A DNA stretch of 63,900 bases, filler included, from Octopus bimaculoides (GCF_001194135.2; 6 parts of 6 records of this genome joined end to end with filler, not necessarily neighbours in it); one strand, 5' to 3'; positions 36,949-51,394 are shown, counted from the whole stretch's first letter. Notes: a model not told the origin generated them from the sequence alone. Numbers and translations are program-made.

Positions 36949-37928
36949 TCGACAGAAAAATAGATAAACATACACAAATAAATAGATATATGTAAGGAGA
37001 ATGAAGTATATGGTCGCATACTATAAAATATAAACGTTGTTATTGGGCGGGTCGAAGTAGCTACGAGACAGAAAAACAATTGTTTTAACATTCGAAGTTT
37101 ACTCATCTCTGAAAGTGTTAGGCTCGTTGCAAATGTTAAAAAGAAAAGTTGTATTATCTGTTATAAGGATTATATTTGTTATATTATAAGGATTAAATCT
37201 GTTAAATAATGAAAAACAAGCCGGATAGAAAATGAAACAAAGCAAACAGCGAGTGGGACGAAAAAGGAGAGTAGAGAGAATGGAAGAGGAGTTGAATGGA
37301 TGAAAAACACAATGAAAAGTTAGTCAGTAAATTTGCTAGTGGAAACAAAAGCAACTCACGTGTAAAAAAAACAACAACACCGATTATAACAAATAATAAG
37401 AATGAAATGCTTCTATAAAGGTCAGATGATTACCAAAAGAATAAATTTGTAGTTCCACGAGTAAAGAAGTAACTAAGGTAGTTGTTGATGTTGTCCTTGC
37501 ATGTTTATAGGGTGCGAGTAAGTTCCAAATCAATCCAACTGTACAGACTGGGACATCGATGTAGTTTTTCCGCAAAAAAATTTACAACTGTAAATACAAC
37601 AGTTTTTTGTCACACTTTTACCAATACTTGCGTGTGTGCGTTATGTGTGTATCTCTAGTGATAGAGGCGGAGATAAAATTTAAAATAACATGTTTTACTC
37701 CAAACTAGTATGGTTCTAACTAACCAATCAATCCACTTATATGTTATGTCGGTCATCAAAAGAGAGTATGAGAGTGGATGCTGTTCTCTTTCTCTCTCTC
37801 TCCCCTCTCTTTCTCTTTCTTCTCCCATCTCCTACTCTCTCTCTTTCTCGGCCTGCCTGCCTGCCTGTCTGCCTGTCTGCCTGTCTGTCGATCTCTGTAT
37901 TACATGTATCTATCTATCTATCTATCTA

Positions 37929-37971
<43 letters not shown>

Positions 37972-38537
37972 NNNNNNNNNNNNNNNNNNNNNNNNNNNNN
38001 NNNNNNNNNNNNNNNTTAATTAATTAANNNNNNNNNNNNNNNNNNNNNNNNNNNNNNNNNNNNNNNNNNNNTATATATATATATATATATATATGTATTA
38101 GTATACATATATATATATTCATATATATATAAATGTGTGTGTGTGTGTGTGTGTTTGGTTAGACAACTAGGTCATGTGTCCCCTGGTGTGTGTGTATTTG
38201 GCATTCACCACTTGACAACTAGTGCTAGTTTATTTACATTTTCCCCATAACTTAGTGGTACAACAAAAACAGATTGATGGAATATGCATGAAACTCAAAT
38301 TAAAACTTTGATCAATTTGTCCAACAAAACTCATAAAAGAGATCTTGGTTCTTCTTGCAGATACACCTTATACATGCACACACACACATTATTGTTGTTA
38401 CCTGTGGCCATGCTGGGGCACCATCTTGAAGTGTTTTTCTCAACTCCAATACTGATTGAATACTTCTATGTCTAATGGCTGGATTCCCAGTAATGAGGAA
38501 TTACTTAAAGAGTGGTTAATTACCTAAAGAGCTACTT

Positions 38538-39009
38538 AAAGAGATGTTGATCTCTAAGTGTGGAGGGAGCCTGTGTAAGGGATAAACACAGGAAGATGTG
38601 GGATGAAGTAGGGAGAAAGTGTCATCAGATGTTAGGACTCACGAAAGAAATGACAAGGGACCAGGAGTTGTGGCAATTTGCTGTACTTGAGAAGATGTGC
38701 CAAGCTAATTAAAATCCTTGCCATCCATAGATACAGGAATGTCTTTTGCAGGTGCTGGTGCCACATAAAATGCATTCATGTCAGTATCACATAAAATGTA
38801 CTTGTGCTGGTCCTGCATAAGTGCATCCATAAAAAGCAGTTGGCACACTGTGTAATGTGGTTGGCATTAGAAAGAGAATCCAGCCATAGAAACCATGCCA
38901 AAACAGACAGTTGGAACCTGATGCAGCTCTCTGGTTTGCCAGCTCCTGTTGTACCGGCCAACCTATGCCAGCATGGAAAAACTGATGTCAAACGATGATG
39001 ATGATGATT
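38538..39009 (+). mobile_element. RTE-clade LINE 3' end with (GAT)n tail
   Basis: SLSVEGACVRDKHRKMWDEVGRKCHQMLGLTKEMTRDQELWQFAVLEK resembles the RTE C-terminal VEGxRxRGRPRKxW..MTxDRxxW. About 290-nt 3' UTR ending in GATGATGATGAT. Confidence 0.75.
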
Positions 39010-39323
39010 AGTTACCCCTCCACAACTATTCTTCTACATCGTCACTTTCTTTTATATCCTGCCACAGGCTGGTATAGATCAATTACGCAGCAGAGATTTA
39101 ATCAATGTGTTCACATGATGTACTTTATGAGACTACCAAAATGCTCTCTCCACTTCTATCAGCTACTACTCTTTATAAGTGTTCGGTTAGTCCATTCTCC
39201 AATCTGCCAGGGGTGTCAATGACTCTTGCCACAACACTTTCCTTTCTTGTCTAAATTGTCAGATTGTGGATTGAACTGAATATGATTGATTGCTAAACAA
39301 ACTTATGAACCACACAGACCTGG

Positions 39324-39356
<33 letters not shown>

Positions 39357-39769
39357 NNNNNNNNNNNNNNNNNNNNNNNNNNNNNNNNNNNNNNNNNNNN
39401 NNNNNNNNNNNNNNNNNNNNNNNNNNNNNNNNNNNNNNNNNNNNNNNNNNNNNNNNNNNNNNNNNNNNNNNNNNNNNNNNNNNNNNNNNNNNNNNNNNNN
39501 NNNNNNNNNNNNNNNNNNNNNNNNNNNNNNNNNNNNNNNNNNNNNNNNNNNNNNNNNNNNNNNNNNNNNNNNNNNNNNNNNNNNNNNNNNNNNNNNNNNN
39601 NNNNNNNNNNNNNNNNNNNNNNNNNNNNNNNNNNNNNNNNNNNNNNNNNNNNNNNNNNNNNNNNNNNNNNNNNNNNNNNNNNNNNNNNNNNNNNNNNNNN
39701 NNNNNNNNNNNNNNNNNNNNNNNNNNNNNNNNNNNNNNNNNNNNNNNNNNNNNNNNNNNNNNNNNNNCA

Positions 39770-39895
39770 ACAATTTATTTTCCTGATTTTAATTTAACTT
39801 TTTAGGATTGTATGTATATCAATAAACATCTATTTGAACACAAAATGCATGAGTACTGGGAAGTCAAAGAGTGAGTACATCTTTTGGGGACACCC

Positions 39896-39897
<2 letters not shown>
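39770..39897. mobile_element. Possible Tc1/mariner-type terminal fragment
   Basis: Ends CTTTTGGGACACCCTATA (reverse TATAGGGTGTCCCAAAAG, CAGGGTGT-like TIR) at a TA run. The other end is in the gap. Confidence 0.35.
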
Positions 39898-39967
<70 letters not shown>

Positions 39968-40064
39968 AGAACTTTTGTAAAAACTACTGGATACAGTGAT
40001 ACAGCCATGCTCACAATATTTAAAGAAAAATTAAGGCAGCAAGTTTTGCAGAATTGTTTGCCTG

Positions 40065-40200
40065 CTGGGTGAAATGCTTAGCAGCATTTTGCCTGTCTTC
40101 ATGTTCTGAGATCAAATGCCACTGAGATCTGTTGAGCACTGGAGTTAATGTAATTGACTTAACCCGTCTCCCGAAATTGCTCATCTTGTGTCAGAATTTG
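40065..40200 (+). mobile_element. SINE family C, diverged fragment
   Basis: gtgaaatgcttagcagcattttgcctgtcttcatgttctgagatcaaatgccactgag. Confidence 0.6.
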
Positions 40201-40656
40201 AAATCAATATTTAAGGAAAAATTTAACATTTATTATTAACTATTTAAAAAGATCATTTGGGGTACAGAATGTCACTGACCTTTACAGAAGTTTTTGCACA
40301 GTGTGTATTTTGAGTGTGAGGACTTTTGCTATTCAGATTTTCAAACACACATGTTCTGGGCTAATGCATTAAGAGGAAGTTGCTTTTAGTAATGGTGGTG
40401 GCTTTAGCAATGGTATTGTACTTCATAAGAATTCTAAATCTGAAACTAAACCAGAAACGGTGAACACCATCACTAAAAGCAACTTCCTCTTTATGCAGTA
40501 GCTTGCAGCATGTGTGTTTGAAAAGTTGAATAATGAAAGCACTTGCACACAGAATACACACACTGTACTTAAACCTCTTCCCAAAATGTTGATGACATTC
40601 TGTGGGCAAAATGATTTTTTTAAATAGTTAAATTTTAAATCTTTCTTCAAATATAT

Positions 40657-40794
40657 GCAGGCATGACTGTTTGGTAAAAAGCTGGCTTCATAACTACATG
40701 GTTCTACATTCATTCCCACTGCATGGCACCTTGGGCAAGTGTTTTCTACCAAAACCTCGTAAGTGGATTTTGTAGATGGAAACTGAAAGAAGCC

Positions 40795-40847
<53 letters not shown>

Positions 40848-41031
40848 CCTCAAATGTTTTTCTCAAGAACACAATGCACTGCCTGGTCTACAAACTAGCG
40901 ACTGTGAGTGCAACAGTCCAACCACTGGGCCACATGCCCTAACATTGCTCCACTCGCCTTTTGATTGTGGAGAGAGGGCTGCTCACCTAGCCAGCAGGGT
41001 GGCACCATTTGAAGCTTAATACAATGCAAAG

Positions 41032-41075
<44 letters not shown>

Positions 41076-41310
41076 GATCTATATGTTTATCTCTGTATCT
41101 ATGTTTATCCCCCACCACTAATTGACAACTGGTGTTGGTGTGTTTACATCCCTGTAACTTAGCAGTTTGCCAAAAGGGCCCGATAAAACAAGTACCGGGC
41201 TTAATAAAAAAATAAATACTGGGGTTGATTCATTTGGCTAAAAATTCCTCAAGGTGGCGCCCCAACATGGCTGCAACCTAAGGCCTGAAACAGGTAGAAA
41301 ATAAAAACGT
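40657..41310 (+). mobile_element. SINE family A host copy, split by a nested SINE in its internal (TA)n
   Basis: Head at 40657-40800, TA run, insert at 40846-41035, TA run, tail at about 41100-41310. Confidence 0.8.
40846..41035. mobile_element. Family F SINE with inverted 5' segment
   Basis: 40855-40935 is the reverse complement of head plus TGTGTTCTTGAGAAAAACATTT. 40936-41035 is the sense continuation ACATTGCTCC..GCTCACCTAGCCAGCAGGGTGGCACCATTTGAAG. Confidence 0.65.
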
Positions 41311-42943
41311 ATGTAGATTTAACAAACTGAGATAAATCAATATCTCAATGAATTATAATACAAGAAAATCAATATAAATTATGATATAAAAGCCAGTCTA
41401 AAATAAAAATAAAATTCATTACAGTTTAAAATCTGCACCAATTGGTTTCAGTTTATTACAGGCTCAAGAAACTGTTTTACAACTATAATCAGGACAAATG
41501 TACATTTTCACTTCTCCAAAGACCCCACCCCCACCTCCATACACAAACATACCTGTATATGTACAAATGACGTATACACATAATTACTGACTTAAAGAGA
41601 AATTTGCAAGAGAAACACTAATCATAGAAGCAGAAAGTTAAGCATGGGTAGATAAGAATATTGAGAGGAATAGTAACCTCTCTTGGACCTGCAATAAATA
41701 TGTCACATCTCACCTAGAGGGTTACACCTTTGCTATCTAGGAACAGGGGATAGCTTTTAAATATCTAATCAATAGAATATATAATGATTCCACTAAGCCT
41801 CTTTATTGTGTTGGAATAAATATCTTTTATAATGTTATCTGCAGGAAAGATTATTCTAATGGCTATACCAAAAGCACACTGGAACACAAATGTACCCACA
41901 TTCTTAAAACTAAAGAATATGGTTGGATATTCCAGCAGTAACACATCAACATGAAACGCAATAAGCTAGGTATTGATCTATGGAACAAGAAACTAAAGTC
42001 AGGCCCTTTTGCAAGGATTAGGTGCTTGGTTGATGTGCCTCATTAAAAGTGGGGGGGAAAAAAAGATCTTTGAGAAACAACTCCGGAATTTATAGCTCAT
42101 TGATCCAAGCAAGTGATTTTTATTTATTCCTATTATGATAGGTAAACGATCTTTGAAAGAATTGATCTACAAAGAAACCAAGAAATGTTGGGATGAACAT
42201 TTCTAAAACATTCCAGGGATTCTCCTTTTGAGGCTTATAGACTGCAGTTACACACAATCACCTGCACATATGGAATACATTTTCAAACGCACGTGCATGT
42301 GAGCACACACAGACACAAACGAAGCACACTATGGGCTAAAGTAATACGCATTCCCACAATGTGGCACCTGCACTAGTGAGGTTGTCTTGTATTATGTAAT
42401 GTAAGAGAGTTGTGATGTGTTTGAAGCCTCAAGGTAATGTATTGAAGAAGGTGAGTTGAATAGAGAGTGGTGACAGAAGAATTGGGTAAAGGTTGTTAGA
42501 ATGGGATAGAGAATAATGGATAATAACAGGAGTGGAGTGGAGAAGGTCAATGGTAATTAGGGGTAAACAGGGGTGGAGGTGGTTTTTGGTAAGAGTGAGA
42601 GATGGATGTCAATACCAAGTAACTTGGGGGAAGAGGGAGTGATGACTGGCAGCACAGAGAATTTGATGTTATGTAGCACTGAGTTCTGCCAGAATTTAAT
42701 ACAGGGTCAGTGTAATAATACAGTAAATGGAAGAGAGGTAGGTGGAGGGAAAATAAATAATGGGTAGAAGAGTAAGGGTGATTGAAAGGTACATGGTGGA
42801 TGGATGAACAAGAGATCACAGACAGGGGAAATGGCACAACAGATGGTAAGTAACTCAATTATGTGCATACACACATACGTACACACAGTCATACTTATAG
42901 ATGCACATACTTACAAATACCATCATTTTTAATGTTCATTTTA

Positions 42944-43002
<59 letters not shown>

Positions 43003-43154
43003 ATTGTTATGGGTGCAATTGTGGATGTGTGGTTTAGAAGCTTCAACTTCAGTCCCACTGTGCAACACTTACAAAAGTGTTTCTACTACAGCCCCTGGTT
43101 GTAATATGGTAGGCAATGACAATGGGGAAACCCATTATGTGTGTCTGTGTGTAT

Positions 43155-43531
43155 TGTTTTATTTGTTTCAGTCATTTGATTGCAGTCATGCTGGAGCACC
43201 ACCTTCACTCAAACAAATCGATCCCAGGACTTATTCTTTGTAAGCCTAGTACTTATTCTATCAGTCTCTTTTTTTTTTTTTGCTGAACCACTAAATTACA
43301 GGGATGCAAACACACCAACATCGGTTGTTAAGCGATGGTGGGGGGACAAACACAGACACACACACACATATATATACAATGGACTTCTTTCAGTTTCCGT
43401 CCACCAAATCCACTCACAAGGCTTTGGTCAGCCCAAGGCAATAGACACTTGCCCAAGGTGCCATGCAGGGGGTCTGAACCTGGAACCATGTGTTTGGTAA
43501 GCAAACTACTTACCACACAGCCACTCCTGTG

Positions 43532-43535
<4 letters not shown>
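43155..43535 (-). mobile_element. SINE family A, full length
   Basis: Tail, short CA/TA core and head (ccacacagccactcctgtgcct) are all present. Confidence 0.9.
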
Positions 43536-43562
<27 letters not shown>

Positions 43563-44257
43563 NNNNNNNNNNNNNNNNNNNNNNNNNNNNNNNNNNNNNN
43601 NNNNNNTTAATTAATTAANNNNNNNNNNNNNNNNNNNNNNNNNNNNNNNNNNNNNNNNNNNNTATATATGCACACACGCATACACACATATATATATATA
43701 CATACACATGCGCAGGTGCAAGGCTAAGTATGGTTAATTTACTAAATTGATATTAAAGTAATTAAAATTATCAATTAATAGGCAGAAAGAGGGAGAATAT
43801 ATGTAGATTAAAGTGATACTATGATATTAAGAGAAAATAGAAAATAGAAGAAATTATTCCTAGATGGGTTTCCGTAGATAGAAGAGAGAAACACTAGACG
43901 TGGAGTAATGGAGGTAAACATAGCAAAAATATAAGGTAAATCATTAAGCCATGTTTAGAATAAATAAAGATAACATAGAAGATAATGAATAAAAATATTA
44001 TTATATGTACAATTTAAACGTTAATTATATAAAATCTATATATTCATATATACTAATTATCCTGAAAATACATGCACACACACTTATATTCATATATATA
44101 AATATATATGTACAAATGCACAGACAGACATACACCCACACCCACACGCATATACGTACTTATAAAACACATAACTAAACATAAATACAAACATTATGCA
44201 TATATATGTATATACGCATATAAATACACACTTATATAAGATAAATACAGAAGAGAG

Positions 44258-44386
<129 letters not shown>

Positions 44387-44860
44387 TAGACAGAGAACGA
44401 GAGAGAAAGAGAATTTTGTTTCTGATTTTAGAGTGGTGAATTACTAATGTTTATATCTGGAATTATTTTCTTGTGTTTTATGCAGGTAACCATTTCAGAA
44501 GCGGGTTAAGTATAATTCCAAGGGGCATTTATGACACAATTGGAATAAAATTGACTTCAACCGGAAACCAGTAACCGAAGGTGCTCTTCTTCCTCTGGGA
44601 GCGTCGGCAAATTCTGTGGTCCCTATGCTCAGATGAGTGCACGTAGGTACACATAGGAAAACGGCCACAGTCAGTCCATGAACGAATTGGTATTTATGCA
44701 CATTCACGCATTCACTTAAGTCTTTTGCACATATGATGTACACAGACACGCACTTACATACACACACATGCATATATGTACGTGTGTTTGTACATATACA
44801 CTCATATACAAAATGCTTACACAGGCACAGACGCACGCACAAAACACACTCACACACACG

Positions 44861-44893
<33 letters not shown>

Positions 44894-46646
44894 ACACAAA
44901 CACACACGCACATATATGCGAGAGTAGTTTTAGTTGTGTCACCGCTTGTCAAATTACTTTCAGATTATTTAAACCATTGAAATCGAGCCCAATAATATAC
45001 AGTGCAGCCCCTTCAACGTCGCCGTCAGATTCCAAAAATTGCTCCAGGAAAGTATCTCAGAAATCAGACATAATGTTTCGTCTTTATTATGCATTTATGA
45101 CAGCACTGCAAGGAATTGTCAAAATCCTTTGCACAGAAAGAATAGAAAGAACTTGATGTACTGTAGCGTTTCTTTTCATGCTTTACCAATCGCTTTCTTT
45201 GGTAAAATTTTAATTCTTCTCATTGTTTGTCATCATACGTGAAGATTATAGTTACTCTCATCATGATTCTTTTATTTCCTTGTGTCTTTTAGCATCATTA
45301 TTCGATTGTGGTCCATACAAGAAAAAAAAACATGATGGCTGGATAAATTAGAGTGAAAAAAAAAGCAAAATAATGCCCCGCTAGCACAAGTAAAATCCCA
45401 GAAAGAATAAATTAAATAAAATAAATAAAGAAAAAAATTAAATTTTCAAGCGGGAATATAAAGTACCAACTCGTACATACAAGCATACGTACATACATGC
45501 TTGCATGCATACATACATACATACATAAATACATGCATATATACATATATCATATATATATATATATATATATATATAAACGTACATACATACATACAAT
45601 GGTTTTAATAATCGAAACCGTGCCGGTGCTTTACTCATCATCTATTTATATATTTTGTATAATCTCTCCAATATGTATATATATATATATATATATANNN
45701 NNNNNNNNNNNNNNNNNNNNNNNNNNNNNNNNNNNNNNNNNNNNNNNNNNNNNNNNNNNNNNNNNNNNNNNNNNNNNNNNNNNNNNNNNNNNNNNNNNNN
45801 NNNNNNNNNNNNNNNNNNNNNNNNNNNNNNNNNNNNNNNNNNNNNNNNNNNNNNNNNNNNNNNNNNNNNNNNNNNNNNNNNNNNNNNNNNNNNNNNNNNN
45901 NNNNNNNNNNNNNNNNNNNNNNNNNNNNNNNNNNNNNNNNNNNNNNNNNNNNNNNNNNNNNNNNNNNNNNNNNNNNNNNNNNNNNNNNNNNNNNNNNNNN
46001 NNNNNNNNNNNNNNNNNNNNNNNNNNNNNNNNNNNNNNNNNNNNNNNNNNNNNNNNNNNNNNNNNNNNNNNNNNNNNNNNNNNNNNNNNNNNNNNNNNNN
46101 NNNNNNNNNNNNNNNNNNNNNNNNNNNNNNNNNNNNNNNNNNNNNNNNNNNNNNNNNNNNNNNNNNNNNNNNNNNNNNNNNNNNNNNNNNNNNNNNNNNN
46201 NNNNNNNNNNNNNNNNNNNNNNNNNNNNNNNNNNNNNNNNNNNNNNNNNNNNNNNNNNNNNNNNNNNNNNNNNNNNNNNNNNNNNNNNNNNNNNNNNNNN
46301 NNNNNNNNNNNNNNNNNNNNNNNNNNNNNNNNNNNNNNNNNNNNNNNNNNNNNNNNNNNNNNNNNNNNNNNNNNNNNNNNNNNNNNNNNNNNNNNNNNNN
46401 NNNNNNNNNNNNNNNNNNNNNNNNNNNNNNNNNNNNNNNNNNNNNNNNNNNNNNNNNNNNNNNNNNNNNNNNNNNNNNNNNNNNNNNNNNNNNNNNNNNN
46501 NNNNNNNNNNNNNNNNNNNNNNNNNNNNNNNNNNNNNNNNATGTGTGCCACAAATATCGCCATCCATTTAGAGAAAAATTTGTAGTTTAGAATCAGTAGT
46601 TCTTTGACTGCTATTATATATATATATATATATATATAAACATACA

Positions 46647-47920
<1,274 letters not shown>

Positions 47921-47930
47921 TATATATGTA

Positions 47931-48350
47931 CGAGGTCTGATCAATAAGTATCCGGACTGTTGCCATAGTAACGACGCTAAATCATATATAGTAAAGCCGC
48001 TTGGCTCACGTTGATCTTGATCTCTGTTGTGCATTGCACTGAGTTTTAACGTTCTAGCTCACTTCTGCTGTTTACGGCATTGATTGGAAGGAAGGTGTGT
48101 AGCGTGGGATCATCGCATTGACCATGACAGAAGAAGTTGTCATGATGATACCTGCTCACAGGCCTACACAAAGTTGCAGAAAGCTTATGGAGAAGCGTGT
48201 ATGAGCTGCACCTAAGTGTATCAGTGGTTCAGACGTTTCCAAGATGAACGAAAAATGTCGATATTGACAAACATTCTGGGAGATCCGCAGCCAGCAGAAG
48301 TGAGAGAAACATCGCAGATGTGCGTGCATCTGTGAGGAGAAATCGTCTCG
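47931..48350 (+). mobile_element. mariner (DD34D-type) 5' fragment
   Basis: TA followed by TIR-like CGAGGTCTGATCAATAAGTATCCGGACTG. HTH peptide AYTKLQKAYGEACMS..VYQWFRRFQDER..SGRS..SERNIADVRASVRRNR. Truncated at (CATA)n. Confidence 0.8.
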
Positions 48351-48510
48351 TACATTCATACATACATACATACATTCATACATACATACATACATACATN
48401 NNNNNNNNNNNNNNNNNNNNNNNNNNNNNNNNNNNNNNNNNNNNNNNNNNNNNNNNNNNNNNNNNNNNNNNNNNNNNNNNNNNNNNNNNNNNNNNNNNNA
48501 TATATATATA

Positions 48511-48672
48511 TAGGCGCAGGAGTGGCTGTGTGGTAAGAAACTTGCTTCCTGACCACATGGTTCCGGGTTCAGTTTCACTGCATGGCACCTTGGACAGGTT
48601 ACTTCTACTATAGCCTCGGGCCGACCAAAGCCTTGTGAGTGGATTTGGTAGACGGAAACTTAAAGAATCCCG
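48511..48672 (+). mobile_element. SINE family A, head half
   Basis: AGGCGCAGGAGTGGCTGTGTGGTAAG..GGTTCCGGGTTCAGTTTC..GCACCTTGGACAGG. Confidence 0.85.
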
Positions 48673-49237
48673 TCTTATATTCCGTCTTATAAATGCGAAA
48701 ACTATTTTCTGTGTATCAGTGTGTCACACTTTGACGTCTTTTCTCACAGTTCAACACGACCTCTAGTATTGCTCATGTTAGCGTGAGAGTAATAGTAGGC
48801 ATAGAGATGGCGAGCGCGGTAGCGAAGACAGAGAGAGAGAAAGAAAGTTAGAAAGAAAAAGAGAGGGAGAGAAAAGGATACAAAGAAATTTAGGCAAAGT
48901 TGATGTTTTATTAAAAGCAGTAGTGTTGATGGTGACAGTGGGATTAATAAAAAGAGAGAAAGAAAGAGTGTGTATGTGAGAGAAAGAGGGACTGAACACT
49001 GAACTAACATACTGAACTTCCATACTGAACGAACACACACATTTAACCATTTTGTGATGATAATGGTGTGATAGGAATATGAGGTGTAGTTGTGATATAG
49101 GCGGTGATGATGATGATGGTGGTGATGGTGGTGGCGGTGGTTTTAGCCGTGGCGGTCATGGATGACGGTGAGAGTAAGCGACGTGAAAGACAGTGGTGAG
49201 GTGATGGTGGTGGAGGAGAAGCGGCTTTTAACCTAGT

Positions 49238-49274
<37 letters not shown>

Positions 49275-49415
49275 CAAAACGAGGAAAAAGACAAAAAACA
49301 ACAACGTGAGGACGTGATACAGATTGTGTTACTAGACGCTCGGGAAAGGAAAGAGAGAGAGTATAACGTTTCGAGCGGAAACAAGGAAAGTCCAAAGAAG
49401 GGGAAAACGGAGGAN
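49275..49415 (-). mobile_element. PLE-LTR-like fragment, hammerhead core deleted
   Basis: Minus strand CCGCTC-GAA-ACGT-T, with flank homologous to 21420-21500. Confidence 0.45.
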
Positions 49416-49616
49416 NNNNNNNNNNNNNNNNNNNNNNNNNNNNNNNNNNNNNNNNNNNNNNNNNNNNNNNNNNNNNNNNNNNNNNNNNNNNNNNNNNNNN
49501 NNNNNNNNNNNNNNNNNNNNNNNNNNNNNNNNNNNNNNNNNNNNNNNNNNNNNNNNNNNNNNNNNNNNNNNNNNNNNNNNNNNNNNNNNNNNNNNNNNNN
49601 NNNNNNNNNNNNNNNN

Positions 49617-49649
<33 letters not shown>

Positions 49650-49731
49650 TGTATTATGTATGTATGTATGTATGTATGTTTGTATGTATGTATGTTTGTA
49701 TGTATGTATTATGTATGTATGGTTGCTATTG

Positions 49732-49868
49732 TGTTTACGTCCCCACAAAACAGGCCCATCGAATAAGTACTAGGCTTACGAAGAATAAGTCCTAGGTTCT
49801 ATTTGTTCGACTAAAAGCGGTGCTCCAGCATGGCCGCAGTCACACGACTGAAACAAGTAAAAGAAAAA
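49732..49868 (+). mobile_element. SINE family A, tail fragment
   Basis: gaataagtactaggcttac..ttgttcgactaaaagcggtgctccagcatggccgcagtc. Confidence 0.8.
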
Positions 49869-49883
49869 ATATATATATCCTGT

Positions 49884-50007
49884 GTTGCTTCCCAACGACA
49901 TGGTTCCGAATTCAATCCCACTACGTGGCACTTTTGGCAAGCGTCATTTGCTATAGCCTCAAAATATTGTGAGTGAATTTGGTAGACGGAAACTGAAAGA
50001 AGCCCAT

Positions 50008-50010
<3 letters not shown>
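49884..50010 (+). mobile_element. SINE family A, head fragment
   Basis: ttgcttcccaacgacatggttccgaattcaatccc..ggtagacggaaactgaaagaagccc. Confidence 0.8.
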
Positions 50011-50050
<40 letters not shown>

Positions 50051-50343
50051 AATGAACATTCATAAAGATATTATTGTTAATATTGTCTGTGGTGAATATA
50101 AGTGATTGATAACAATAACACCAAGAATATAGGTGGTTACAAGTATTAAATAGCGTCAAATTGCTATAAAATTAAAATAAGCACTAAACATAAGGACGCA
50201 CTGGGCATCTAATCTGTTTAGAAATAAGAGACAAAACCCCCAATAAACCACCAGTATTACTGAAAATATGAAAGAAAACAACTGTAATCGGGCGAACGGT
50301 TGAAGAATTAAAACATACCATCGTAGATAATGCTACTCGGATA

Positions 50344-50399
50344 TTCGTGTATCATGATTTCGAGTTTTGGCGCTCGGGCCTCAACTCTCTCCAGCACAA
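50344..50399 (-). ncRNA. Type I hammerhead motif in PLE 3' region, core A6>G
   Basis: Minus strand reads TTGTG-CTGGAGA-GAGTT-loop-AACTC-GAA-ATCATGAT-A^CACGAA. Confidence 0.65.
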
Positions 50400-50519
50400 C
50401 TTACTGAGAGAAAAAATTCAAAACACGTCACGTTGAAATCTGCCGGCGTTTTGATTTGTCTTGCGCCAAAACCAGAACTGCCGCAGTTCACAGCAGATAA
50501 TATTGACAATAATAATATC

Positions 50520-51140
50520 TTAACGAATGTTCATATCTGAATATTCACTCCTTATTGATATTATTGCACTGAGGCACTGCTGTAGCTTCTCACGAAGACA
50601 AAAATTGCAATTTTGATCTGCAGGTGAATAAGTAGATATCCTGTTAAGTACCTTTCATGTGACGTTAATGAAATCATTTCCTTGGTTACGGAGTTTCTTG
50701 AAGTAGGTCTCAAGGGGTGGAATTTTATGTCCCTACACTTCAAGGAATACTTGCGTCGCATAAAACTTCCCCTGAAATCATTCGCTGTTTTGTCCTTATA
50801 ATGTTTATTGATGTTATGAGTGATGCGTAGCTCTATACACCACAATATTTGAGAACAGGATCCTCCCAAAGGATAGTCGGTAGGATTTTGGTAGTTATGG
50901 GTTAAAATGCAGATCGAAGAGTACGTTCGCGTGTGTTTATTTCTGCCGCATGTAATTTTGGAAGCGATATTTTCTAAGCACAAATAGCTATCCTTGACGT
51001 CATGGAAATCAAAGAGTATGTGGTATTTATAGGTCCTTAGGCAATGCAGATAATTTAAAATTCAAATCAGGAAAATGGCCTTTCTAGAGAGAAAAAAAAA
51101 TCTTGAGAATTTCGACGCTGATTTCATAAGCATAAACAAA
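50520..51140 (-). pseudogene. Penelope-like element C-terminus (GIY-YIG endonuclease), decayed
   Basis: YHILFDFHDVKDSYLCLENIASKI..NPTDYPLGGSC..NKHYKDKTANDFRGSF..KYSL, then frameshift to TYFKKLRNQG..VT*KVLNRISTYSPADQNCNFCLREK..IRSE. Matches PLE VKISYSCMxN, CPLxGxC, YxGxT, TWxIL and CxLCLxEK motifs. Confidence 0.8.
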
Positions 51141-51328
51141 ATAGTAAGATTTCGGCATCGTTCAAATCCCAGGCCAGACTCTTTAACCAGTTTTATGCCA
51201 CACTTCAATCACAGTAGTTGGTTACCCGACAAGTAATCCCCACTTTTGTCTATCTCTCTCTTCTCTCTTGAATAGCGTCGCCAACAATAAGAACTTGCAT
51301 ATATAAACAAAATAAAACTAGCAAAGTA

Positions 51329-51329
<1 letters not shown>

Positions 51330-51362
<33 letters not shown>

Positions 51363-51394
51363 GTGGTGGTGGTGGTGGTGGTGGTGGTGGTGAT
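51330..51394. repeat. (GGC)n(GGT)n trinucleotide repeat
   Basis: Direct reading. It explains the poly-Pro ORF. Confidence 0.95.

Noticed and set aside
41800-42290. Possible decayed LINE C-terminus (KAHWNTNVPT..)
   Set aside because: Only a vague resemblance with no diagnostic motif.
45600-45635. CGAAACCGTGCCGGTG stem III-like hairpin
   Set aside because: No upstream core and a non-cleavable triplet.
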